This document shows positions 16,076 to 24,466 of a stretch of 37,738 nt of DNA, piece by piece. Below the pieces are notes generated by a model. The model saw only the letters and a program-made list of their open reading frames with translations, ran no database searches and had not been told where the DNA came from. The DNA lies in the NCBI GenBank assembly GCA_964606415.1, contig CAZSGN010000002.1:1-37738 (forward strand), read 5' to 3'. This DNA is from an uncultured Bacteroidales bacterium (GTDB lineage Bacteria > Bacteroidota > Bacteroidia > Bacteroidales > JBBRXJ01). Both the position numbers and the translations under genes were made by a program. The stretch's first letter is position 1. Every line of letters starts with the position of its first letter.

Positions 16076-16864
16076 ATGAAATTAACTCATTCTATATTTC
16101 TATCCTTTTTATTATTACTATACCAGGCTCCCCTGGCAGCCATCCCTGAAAAACCAAGCCCTCCAAAGCTGGTTAACGACTTTGCCAACTTTCTGCCCAA
16201 GGACAAGAGCCACCAGCTGGAACAAATCCTAAAAGATTTCGAGCAAAAAACATCGACTCAAATTGCCGTAGTCACAGTAAAAGATCTTGAAGGATACGCG
16301 ATTTCAGACTATGCTTTTCGGCTTGGAGAACAATGGGGTATTGGCCAGGAGAAAAAAGACAATGGCATTCTGATCCTCATAAGGCCAAAAACAAAAGACA
16401 CCAAAGGACGAGCTTTTATTGCAACAGGCTATGGCCTGGAAGGAGCCGTGCCGGATGTGGTTGCCAAAAGAATCGTAGACCAGGAAATGATTCCAAGATT
16501 TAAAGAAAACAAATATTACGAGGGCATACTGGCCTCCGTCAAAGTACTCTTTGAGCTAACAAAAGGAGAATACACAGCCGAGCAATACATCCAACAAAAA
16601 GAATCAACCAACCTCGCCCCCTTAATTATATTAGCCATTCTGTTGTTTATTGTTATTCGTAATCTTTCAAGAGCCAACCGCTACAGAAAAAGATCAGTCG
16701 GACACAGCATGCCTTTCATGACAGCTTTATTCCTGGGATCAGCAATGGGCTCAGGCCGTGGCAGCTGGAATAACTTTAGCTCAGGCGGAGGCGGCGGAAT
16801 GGGCGGCTTCGGTGGCTTTGGCGGCGGCGGATTTGGCGGTGGTGGTGCTGGAGGCAGTTGGTAG
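16076..16864 (+). CDS. TPM domain protein, YgcG-like (signal peptide, TM, Gly-rich tail)
   Basis: LVNDFANFL...TSTQIAVVTV...NGILILI...FIATGYGLEGAVPD is a TPM pattern. TM LAPLIILAILLFIVI. C-terminal GGGGGMGGFGGFGGGGFGGGGAGGSW. Confidence 0.85.
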   Translation: MKLTHSIFLSFLLLLYQAPLAAIPEKPSPPKLVNDFANFLPKDKSHQLEQILKDFEQKTSTQIAVVTVKDLEGYAISDYAFRLGEQWGIGQEKKDNGILILIRPKTKDTKGRAFIATGYGLEGAVPDVVAKRIVDQEMIPRFKENKYYEGILASVKVLFELTKGEYTAEQYIQQKESTNLAPLIILAILLFIVIRNLSRANRYRKRSVGHSMPFMTALFLGSAMGSGRGSWNNFSSGGGGGMGGFGGFGGGGFGGGGAGGSW

Positions 16865-18721
16865 CTAATATCTGAAAGATTTTTTCAAGCGGCGAAAACC
16901 ACTTTGAACATTCTGCCTGAGGCGATTTATCACTCCTGTATCCTCAACAGCACCCCCTAAAGCATAAATATCATTAATGATATATTGGTACTTATCTGTA
17001 ATAACAGACCGTTTCAGCTTTAAGGTGGGCGACAACTCACCAGTTTCCGGCTTCCATTCATCACAGACAATCCGGAACCTCTTTATTTGTTCAGCCTGTC
17101 CCAATCTTTTATTCAAATTATTTACCTGATCCTGATATAGCCCCAGCACTTTTGGCAAACTAACCAGTTCTTTATTGTCCCGGTATTCGATTCGATTTTT
17201 ATAAGCCCAATTATGCAAATAATGGAAATTAGGGGCTATCAACACACTGGCGAATTTCTGATTCTCGCCTACAACCATGGCCTGTTCAATAAACATAGAC
17301 TCTTTCATTCGAATTTCAATCATTTGCGGAGCAATATACTTTCCACTAGACAATTTAAAAATTTCTTTTTTCCGGTCATTAATCATTAAAAACTTACCAT
17401 CTTCCAGCTTGCCTATATCACCTGTATGAAACCACCCATCTTCATCGATCACCTCCCTGGTTAAATCAGGTGCTTTATAATAGCCTTTCATAATACCGGG
17501 GCCTTTACATAAGATTTCCCCTTCGTTAGAAAGACGAACTTCCACACCATCAATCACAGGCCCTACAGTACCTAACTTAACCTCATTCTTTGCAGGATGA
17601 TTGACAGCAATAACCGGGGAGGTCTCCGTTAACCCATATCCTTCGTAAACGCTCAATCCAGCAGCCCAAAAAACCCTGGCTAATCTCATCTGCAAGGCAG
17701 CTCCCCCAGAAATAATCAATTCAACTTGTCCACCCAATACTTCCCTCCATCTATGAAAAACCAGGCGGTCTGCCAAAGACAACTGACATTTATACCACCA
17801 GGATTTTCCTGTTAATTCATACTGATGAGCCAATGCCAGAGCCCACATAAAAATATGTCGCTTTAAAAAAGGAAGTTCATCTCCTCTACTCACAATTTTA
17901 TCATAAATGGTTTCCAGCAAGCGGGGCACTGTTCCAAAAATATGAGGAGAGACATATTTCATATTATCAGCAATAGCACCCATATCAGAATAATAAATAC
18001 TTAAACCCTTGTATTGGAAATGATAATTCAGCATTCGTTCATAAACATGACAGAGCGGCAAAAAGCTAATTACCCGATGATGATGATTAAGCCAATGCAA
18101 GGCTGCCGTGGCTTTAGCATTCGAGAGTATATTCCGATGCGTCAACATCACCCCTTTGGGCACACCAGTTGTACCTGAAGTATAAATAATTGTCGCCACA
18201 TCATCCGGCAAAACCGCACATTTAATATTATCCAAATCCGATTTATGATGAAGAGCGAAATTTTTCCCCATTTCAACCAACTCCAGCCAATGCCGAACCC
18301 CTTCCACATAAGAAAAAGAGAATACACCCTCAAGAAATGAAACCTTTTCAATAATATGTTTTATCTTTCTATATAAAAGATAATCGGCAACAAAAAGAAA
18401 CTTCGGCTTAGCATGATTTAATATATAAATATAATCTTCCTGACTCATTGTAGGATATAGAGGAACATTGACCATCCCTGCCTGAAGACTCCCCATATCA
18501 ACAAAATTCCATTCAGGCCTGTTATTGGTAACAATAGCAATACGGTCTCCCGGATTCAATCCCATGGCCATCAATCCAAAGCTCACGAAATCAGCATAGT
18601 CCCTGTATTCAGCAGAAGAATATTTTTTCCACTGCCCATCAATTTTACCTGCCAGGGCATCTTGCTTATCAAAATTAATCCGATACCTTTCCAAAAGGTC
18701 AAAAAGTCGTTCTACCTGCAT
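16865..18721 (-). CDS. Long-chain fatty acid--CoA ligase (AMP-dependent synthetase)
   Basis: AMP-binding signature IIYTSGTTGVPKGVMLTHRN, plus EGYGLTETSP, GWFHTGDIG and KLSSGKYIAP. Confidence 0.9.
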   Translation of the reverse strand: MQVERLFDLLERYRINFDKQDALAGKIDGQWKKYSSAEYRDYADFVSFGLMAMGLNPGDRIAIVTNNRPEWNFVDMGSLQAGMVNVPLYPTMSQEDYIYILNHAKPKFLFVADYLLYRKIKHIIEKVSFLEGVFSFSYVEGVRHWLELVEMGKNFALHHKSDLDNIKCAVLPDDVATIIYTSGTTGVPKGVMLTHRNILSNAKATAALHWLNHHHRVISFLPLCHVYERMLNYHFQYKGLSIYYSDMGAIADNMKYVSPHIFGTVPRLLETIYDKIVSRGDELPFLKRHIFMWALALAHQYELTGKSWWYKCQLSLADRLVFHRWREVLGGQVELIISGGAALQMRLARVFWAAGLSVYEGYGLTETSPVIAVNHPAKNEVKLGTVGPVIDGVEVRLSNEGEILCKGPGIMKGYYKAPDLTREVIDEDGWFHTGDIGKLEDGKFLMINDRKKEIFKLSSGKYIAPQMIEIRMKESMFIEQAMVVGENQKFASVLIAPNFHYLHNWAYKNRIEYRDNKELVSLPKVLGLYQDQVNNLNKRLGQAEQIKRFRIVCDEWKPETGELSPTLKLKRSVITDKYQYIINDIYALGGAVEDTGVINRLRQNVQSGFRRLKKSFRY

Positions 18722-18786
18722 GGCATATTAATAAAAATAACAAAAGTTTCGCAATAACATATAAAACATTAATTATTAAGATTGTG

Positions 18787-18870
18787 CATATTGAAGCACA
18801 GAGCTAAATTATTGATTTCATACTATTTAAATATTCCATTTGTAAAATATATACCTAAATTTTATCTTGA
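18787..18870. repeat. 84-bp intergenic repeat, family B copy 2
   Basis: See 3585..3668; same block order and offsets (gctaaattattgattt at 18803, atttaaatattc, acctaaa, ttga). Confidence 0.6.
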
Positions 18871-19137
18871 AAAACTTGATTCAACTATAGGCTTTAAGGC
18901 ACCTATAAACTTGTTCATTTTTTTTGTCATTCGTAACAAAAAAAACGAACCAAAAAAAATACTCGTGAATTATGGCATCCACACAAGCCATGGCTACGCC
19001 CTTTCCTTCCCAAATTCACTGGCCACACTCACAAAAAAAAATAAAATTCAATCGTAATTAATTTACTGCGATACTTTAGAAAATAAAACTCAAAAATAAA
19101 GAATTTCCTGCTTCATCAGGCATACATATTATTCTAA

Positions 19138-19226
19138 CCCAAATTGAGCGATTCCGCTCAATAAATTTCACAGGCCATCCCTGGGATTGTAGGCATTATT
19201 GTTTAGTGATTTTTTAATAACTTAGG
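19138..19226 (+). repeat. MITE/REP-like repeat, degenerate copy
   Basis: The left end cccaaattgagcgattccgctcaat is intact (19138..19162). The interior is diverged (atccct, gtgattttt remnants). The right-end remnant aacttagg at 19219..19226 lies 5 nt from the miaA stop codon. Confidence 0.55.
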
Positions 19227-19231
19227 ATGAA

Positions 19232-20158
19232 TTAGCTAAATAAACGCGCTTCAATGAAATCCACTTTTTCCTGCATCGGTAAGTTACCATCCAACCACTG
19301 AATTGACATACCTTTTTTTTCCATTCTTCTAAACCATGTCATTTGCCGCTTTGCAAATTGATGAATAGCAGTCTCCAGTTTTTGACACATTTCTTTATAA
19401 GTGATGCGCCCAGTTAAAAAAAAAGTGATCCATTTATACTCAAGACCATAATATTCGAGTTGTTCCGGGGTCAGGCCTTCCTTTAAAAGACGGTTGACCT
19501 CATCGACCATTCCTTCTTCCAGCCGCTGATAAAGCCGCTGAGATATTCTCCGGCGCTGCTCGGGGCGTGAATAATATATACCAATAATGCATGGATGTAT
19601 ATCCGGGAATTTTAATGAAGACAAATCATGATGCATTTGATAGTCTGCTATTTCAATTGCCCGAACAGCTCTTTTGCGAGTATCCGAATCCGACTTATTA
19701 TGCAAAGATTTATAAGAGGAAAGGATTCCTTCCAGCTCGTCCATGGTTTTCTCTTTTAATCTTTCCCTTAATTCAGGATTCACAGGTACCCGGATCAATT
19801 GATAAGCATCAAGCACAGATTCAAGGTACATACCACTCCCCCCACACATCACAGGCCATCTTTTCCTTCGACGAATATCCTCAAAAACCCTAAAAAAATC
19901 TTGTTGATACTCAAACACATTATATTGATAACCCGGATCAATAATATCAATCAAATGAACAGGAACCTGTCTTCCTTCCACCCAATAATCAGCATAATCT
20001 TTTCCTGTGCCAATATCCATTCCCCTGTATAATTGCCTGGAATCAGCACTAATCACCTCTCCATCAAAACGGTCAGCCACCCGTGCAGCTATCGCCGTTT
20101 TACCTCCGGCAGTAGGACCAAGAATTGTCAATAAATTATACTTTTTGCCCAAGCTCAT
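19232..20158 (-). CDS. miaA: tRNA dimethylallyltransferase
   Basis: P-loop ILGPTAGGKTAIA and SADSRQLYRGMDIGTGK. ATG at 20158 (MSLGKKYNLL) is preferred; the 54-codon extension to 20320 is hydrophobic junk overlapping the smpB promoter and start. Confidence 0.9.
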   Translation of the reverse strand: MSLGKKYNLLTILGPTAGGKTAIAARVADRFDGEVISADSRQLYRGMDIGTGKDYADYWVEGRQVPVHLIDIIDPGYQYNVFEYQQDFFRVFEDIRRRKRWPVMCGGSGMYLESVLDAYQLIRVPVNPELRERLKEKTMDELEGILSSYKSLHNKSDSDTRKRAVRAIEIADYQMHHDLSSLKFPDIHPCIIGIYYSRPEQRRRISQRLYQRLEEGMVDEVNRLLKEGLTPEQLEYYGLEYKWITFFLTGRITYKEMCQKLETAIHQFAKRQMTWFRRMEKKGMSIQWLDGNLPMQEKVDFIEARLFS

Positions 20159-20178
20159 CAGGAATCTTATTTTTATTG

Positions 20179-20186
20179 TAAATTTG
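20179..20186 (+). promoter_or_regulatory. Bacteroidota-type -7 promoter box upstream of smpB
   Basis: taaatttg matches TAnnTTTG, 54 nt upstream of the ATG at 20240. Confidence 0.35.
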
Positions 20187-20239
20187 TGTTCAACTAAAAG
20201 TAAAAATAAAGAAATCAAGCCGGAAAAAGAGAGCGCTAT

Positions 20240-20689
20240 ATGAAAAAAGATATTGTCATTAAAAACAAAAAAGCATCCTATCAATACGAATTCATCGATC
20301 AGTATGTTGCCGGCATCCAATTAACAGGTACAGAAATAAAAAGCATACGTCAGGGCAAAGCAAGCATGGTAGATACCTATTGTTACTTCAGGGGCAATGA
20401 GCTTTTTTTAAAAGGCATGCATATCGCCGAATACGAATATGGCACCTATGCTAACCATGAACCCAAAAGAGAACGAAAGTTATTATTAACCAGGAAAGAA
20501 CTAAAAAAATTAAAAAAAGCCGGACAGGAAAAGGGGCTTACCATTGTAGCCACCAGATTATTTATTAATGAGCGGGGTCTGGCAAAAGTCAACATTGCAC
20601 TTGCCAAGGGAAAAAAGCTTCATGATAAACGGGAAGACATCAAGAAAAAAGACATGGAACGATCCATGGAAAGAGGCGGGAAACTTTAA
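20240..20689 (+). CDS. smpB: SsrA-binding protein
   Basis: 149 aa. [29 protein letters not shown]...[11 protein letters not shown]...[28 protein letters not shown] is typical SmpB. Confidence 0.95.
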   Translation: MKKDIVIKNKKASYQYEFIDQYVAGIQLTGTEIKSIRQGKASMVDTYCYFRGNELFLKGMHIAEYEYGTYANHEPKRERKLLLTRKELKKLKKAGQEKGLTIVATRLFINERGLAKVNIALAKGKKLHDKREDIKKKDMERSMERGGKL

Positions 20690-20692
20690 AAG

Positions 20693-22036
20693 TTACTGTG
20701 AAAAGAAAAAATCTTTTAACTGATCTATTTCTTCCGAAGTCATATCAATTTCGCCATTAAAAAAACGATCCATAGCACTAAGCACCTCGTCAAAAGACAG
20801 ATAACCATCATCATCCTTGTCAAATTGTTTATACTTATCCGGAATTTCGACATTAGAAATTGCCGCGTAATATTTATTGCTTAAACTACTCCGCATAATG
20901 GCTTTCACATCCTCACGATCAACCGCCTTATTATTGAGCATTTCGATCAAATCATCGCTGCTCAGGGCCACACCATGCTCGTTCACCCAAGCACCTTCAG
21001 GAGTATCTTCCTCCTTATCAAGATAATTAGGCACACCATCATTATCATCATCAAAGGGACAGCCTACAGAATCAACTTCCACGCCATCCGGAGTTCCCGG
21101 GCATTCATCAACCCGGTCAAAAACCATGTCATTATCTTCGTCACCATACATGGTATAATCAAAATCAACATCAGCAAAAAGCTTTTTTACAGTTGTTGTT
21201 TCATCATCCGAAAACAAATCATAATGAAAAGTTACATAGCTGAAACCATACATATCATTTCCTTTCTTTCCAATAACACCTTTCGTGTTTTTATGGCTGA
21301 CATGATCAATCAAATCGGTCAGGGCATAGTGTAAAGAAGTACCAATCATTAAATTAGCCCTGTCTGTAACTTTAAAATCTACACCTATCTCAAAAGGAAT
21401 GGCCAGCGAATTTTGCGCATACTTTCCAAGGCCATAATCCAATTCCTGGCGGACATCTGTCTCATAACTATAATCGCGTGTAATGATATCCCCTTGCGTA
21501 TTTCTAATGGTGCCATCCGGGTAAAACTGATAAGCATCTCCATTATCCGCGTAAATATCTGTTTTTGTAACAAATTGAAACAACTCAATACCTGCACTAA
21601 CAAAAGGATGGATGGTCTTTTCAGGAGGAATAATGTGTTCAAAACTATATTGAATGTTCAGTCCAAATGTAGTAAACTCGGAACTAAAATTCATCTGCTC
21701 AGAGATTGGGGTATATTGCTGTCCTGATAACTTTCCTAACAAAAGAATAAAAAAGTTACTTTTAAAAAAATGATCATTATCAAGAAAAGTCGATACATTA
21801 ATTTTAACAGCACTATTTCCACTAAGCATAGGTTGCTTATTCTTTATATCACCATAATATCTCAATACCCCAGGACCAACACCGAACACAGGCATATAAA
21901 CCGGATTCTCAACCTCTACTTCTTCTTCCAGCAATTTTTCATAAAGATCTTCTTGCGCCTGTCCCCATTCAGGGAAAACAAAGACAAGCACTAATCCCGT
22001 CAAGAAAAATCTTAAAAAATTAGTTACCTGTACCAT
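20693..22036 (-). CDS. Outer-membrane beta-barrel protein with thrombospondin type 3 repeats and a C-terminal EF-hand (OmpA-like architecture lacking an OmpA_C domain)
   Basis: Signal peptide ...PEWGQAQ and an alternating-hydrophobic barrel region. TSP3 repeats DEDNDMVFDRVDECPGTPDG and DDDNDGVPNYLDKEED. Canonical EF-hand loop DKDDDGYLSFDE. Confidence 0.7.
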   Translation of the reverse strand: MVQVTNFLRFFLTGLVLVFVFPEWGQAQEDLYEKLLEEEVEVENPVYMPVFGVGPGVLRYYGDIKNKQPMLSGNSAVKINVSTFLDNDHFFKSNFFILLLGKLSGQQYTPISEQMNFSSEFTTFGLNIQYSFEHIIPPEKTIHPFVSAGIELFQFVTKTDIYADNGDAYQFYPDGTIRNTQGDIITRDYSYETDVRQELDYGLGKYAQNSLAIPFEIGVDFKVTDRANLMIGTSLHYALTDLIDHVSHKNTKGVIGKKGNDMYGFSYVTFHYDLFSDDETTTVKKLFADVDFDYTMYGDEDNDMVFDRVDECPGTPDGVEVDSVGCPFDDDNDGVPNYLDKEEDTPEGAWVNEHGVALSSDDLIEMLNNKAVDREDVKAIMRSSLSNKYYAAISNVEIPDKYKQFDKDDDGYLSFDEVLSAMDRFFNGEIDMTSEEIDQLKDFFFSQ

Positions 22037-23508
22037 TTTTGATTTGAGATCATTAAAGCTTCCTGCACGGTAATCCTGCTGCCATCATTATAAGCAGAAA
22101 CAAATGCATCATCAATTGATGTCGTATTCCATATATGTACCCTATAATCCCTGGCTGCTTTGTAAATATCAAAAGACCCAACCGAATACTTATACCAACC
22201 TTCATGCCGCTCTCTTTTCACTTGTTTATCGAGATCATACTCCTTAAAATAACGATCAATATCAACTGGTTTATGCCCTGCAGCTAACTGCACCCTGTAA
22301 TAAACACCTGACTGGGGCTGAAGCAAATCCGATTCATCCCCATTAACCTTTCCATATCGCTGTTCTATTGATTGTTGCCCCTGACGCTCAATCTCTTCTT
22401 CGTTCGATTCTAAAGCATCCTCCTCAACAAGTTGGTCATCCAATTCCTGTGACCCTTTTTCATCTTCATCAACTTTTTCCTCCTCTTGCTGTTCCTCAGC
22501 CATTTGTTCTTCAGCGTCAATAAACAAGTCTTCATCCTGCTCGTTGGACTCCCCCGGCAGATCATCCAGTGAAGCCAATAAATTTTCAAGCTCTTCATCG
22601 GACATCTCCGGCAGCTGCACATCCTTCTGAGTAACAGGAATACTTTTTGTTTCAGAACCATCAATATATGAAAAAGAACCATCAATTCTTATATTCTCGG
22701 AAACAGAATGCTCAGGCTTCGGAATCAATTTATAAGAAACAACAAAATAATCTTCTGGCGGCAAATTCATCCAGAGAAATTTCAATGTCTGGTCTTTAAA
22801 TGTAAAGATTCCACTTTTCTTATTAATGCTTTCAGCAATATATCCTGAAGGAATCTCTTCCTGAATTTTAGCAAACTTGCCACGGTCTTTTTTATGTACA
22901 AGCAAATTAACAACTATTCCGCCATCCTTTTTTACCGGTTTTTGGCGAATGGCTGTCACCTGATCCGGTTGTTTATCTCCAAGCTCCGGGACAATTTTCT
23001 CTTCAAACTCATTAATATCAACAATTAATGAAGGGTCAATGTCCGTAGATGGATCAATATTAATACGGGTAGGCGACATCTTCAGCGTCCGCCGTTCATT
23101 ATTCTCGATATAATCAAAACTCCCAGACATTTTAAAATCCCCTTTCAGTCTTTGATCAACCTTTACATTATAACTAAAAGAGATTGTTGGTTTAGAAGGT
23201 AATTTTAACCATATAAGCTTCACCTTATTATCATTAAACCGAAACTCAGCATTATCAGTATTAACAGAACTGGCCTTAAGTCCGGCAGGTAATTTCTGCT
23301 GGAAACGAGAAAAGCTTGATATTGCCCCTTTTTCAATGGTCACATTAACTTCAAACTCCTCTCCTGCTTCAACAGTTTCAGGAACATCCATTTTTGAAGA
23401 AACATTCTCACTAAAGAGCGTGTTCATAAAAAGCACCACGACCATATGTACGAAAAGCACAAAAATTCTGATCATATCAGCTAACATTGTTTTATACAAT
23501 ATTAGCAA
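22024..23508 (-). CDS. SPOR domain protein with two N-terminal Ig-like repeats and an acidic linker
   Basis: C-terminal GVYYRVQLAAGHKP...GWYKYSVGSFDIYKAARDY...DAFVSAYNDG is SPOR-like. There are two homologous ~110-aa repeats and an E/D-rich linker. The start could be 23508, 23487 or 23475. The stop overlaps the downstream gene by 13 nt. Confidence 0.7.
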   Translation of the reverse strand: MLILYKTMLADMIRIFVLFVHMVVVLFMNTLFSENVSSKMDVPETVEAGEEFEVNVTIEKGAISSFSRFQQKLPAGLKASSVNTDNAEFRFNDNKVKLIWLKLPSKPTISFSYNVKVDQRLKGDFKMSGSFDYIENNERRTLKMSPTRINIDPSTDIDPSLIVDINEFEEKIVPELGDKQPDQVTAIRQKPVKKDGGIVVNLLVHKKDRGKFAKIQEEIPSGYIAESINKKSGIFTFKDQTLKFLWMNLPPEDYFVVSYKLIPKPEHSVSENIRIDGSFSYIDGSETKSIPVTQKDVQLPEMSDEELENLLASLDDLPGESNEQDEDLFIDAEEQMAEEQQEEEKVDEDEKGSQELDDQLVEEDALESNEEEIERQGQQSIEQRYGKVNGDESDLLQPQSGVYYRVQLAAGHKPVDIDRYFKEYDLDKQVKRERHEGWYKYSVGSFDIYKAARDYRVHIWNTTSIDDAFVSAYNDGSRITVQEALMISNQKWYR

Positions 23509-23575
23509 ATAATTTGCAAAATAGAATACTAACTACTTGATAAATTACTTCTTATAGCACGTACAAAGAAAAAAA

Positions 23576-24280
23576 TCAGAAATTGGGGCTCAGTAAATAT
23601 TTGGAATAGAAACGGTTAATGAACTCAACAGCCTCATCAGCAGAATCTGCAACTTTAAACAGATCCATATCACTATCACTAACATTCTCCTCTTCCCGGA
23701 GCATCGTTTTATTCATCCATTCTACCAATCCCGACCAATAGTCTTTACCTACAAGGACAATAGGAAACTGTCCGATTTTCTCAGTCTGGATCAAAGTTAT
23801 AGCCTCAAAAAATTCATCCAATGTACCAAAACCACCTGGCAAGACAATAAACCCCTGTGCATATTTCATAAACATGACTTTGCGAACAAAGAAATGATCA
23901 AAACTAATCAATTTATCAGGATCAATAAAAATATTGGGATGCTGTTCAAAAGGCAAAGTGATATTAATTCCAACAGAAGGGCCCTCCCCTTCTTTAGCCC
24001 CCATATTAGCAGCTTCCATAATGCCAGGACCTCCTCCGGTAATTACGCCATATCCATTTTGAGTTAACTTTCTGGCAATCTCGGTAGCCAATTTAAAATA
24101 ACGATTATCAGGTTTCGTTCTGGCAGAACCAAAAATAGAAACACAAGGTCCAATTCTGGATAATTTTTTAAATCCTTCGACAAATTCAGCCATGATTTCG
24201 AAAATCCGCCACGAATCGCTTGTCTGGATCTCGTTCCAGTCCTTTTTTTGAAAAGCACTTTTAATTTTATCTTCGTTCAT
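23576..24280 (-). CDS. LOG family protein (nucleotide 5'-monophosphate phosphoribohydrolase, TIGR00730-type)
   Basis: Motifs GGGPGIMEA and PGGFGTLDEFFE; 234 aa. Confidence 0.9.
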   Translation of the reverse strand: MNEDKIKSAFQKKDWNEIQTSDSWRIFEIMAEFVEGFKKLSRIGPCVSIFGSARTKPDNRYFKLATEIARKLTQNGYGVITGGGPGIMEAANMGAKEGEGPSVGINITLPFEQHPNIFIDPDKLISFDHFFVRKVMFMKYAQGFIVLPGGFGTLDEFFEAITLIQTEKIGQFPIVLVGKDYWSGLVEWMNKTMLREEENVSDSDMDLFKVADSADEAVEFINRFYSKYLLSPNF

Positions 24281-24323
24281 AATTCCGGTTTTAAAAAACT
24301 AAAATAAATAATTTTTATTTAAA

Positions 24324-24466
24324 CCCAAATTGAGCAATTCCGCTCAATCGATTAAGTAAATGTAAGCATTTCACCTCACTTATTCGGTGAAACGCAACAT
24401 TTTCTAAATCGGGGTTATCCCTAAGTAAAGCGATTTTTCACTTCGTTTAAATCGCTCAACTTAGGT
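24324..24466 (+). repeat. MITE/REP-like structured intergenic repeat, full-length 143-bp copy
   Basis: Imperfect terminal inverted repeats CCCAAATTGAGCAATT / AATCGCTCAACTTAGG. Left hairpin TTGAGC[A/G]-ATTC-CGCTCAA. Internal TCACC...GGTGA. Right-end long hairpin CCTAAGT..AGCGATTT / AAATCGCT..ACTTAGG. Confidence 0.8.

Noticed and set aside
18782-19057. 91-aa plus-strand ORF with a TTG start in the 510-bp spacer
   Set aside because: It lies between two minus-strand genes, and its 5' third is the family B intergenic repeat. It is A-run-rich and low in complexity, with no motif.
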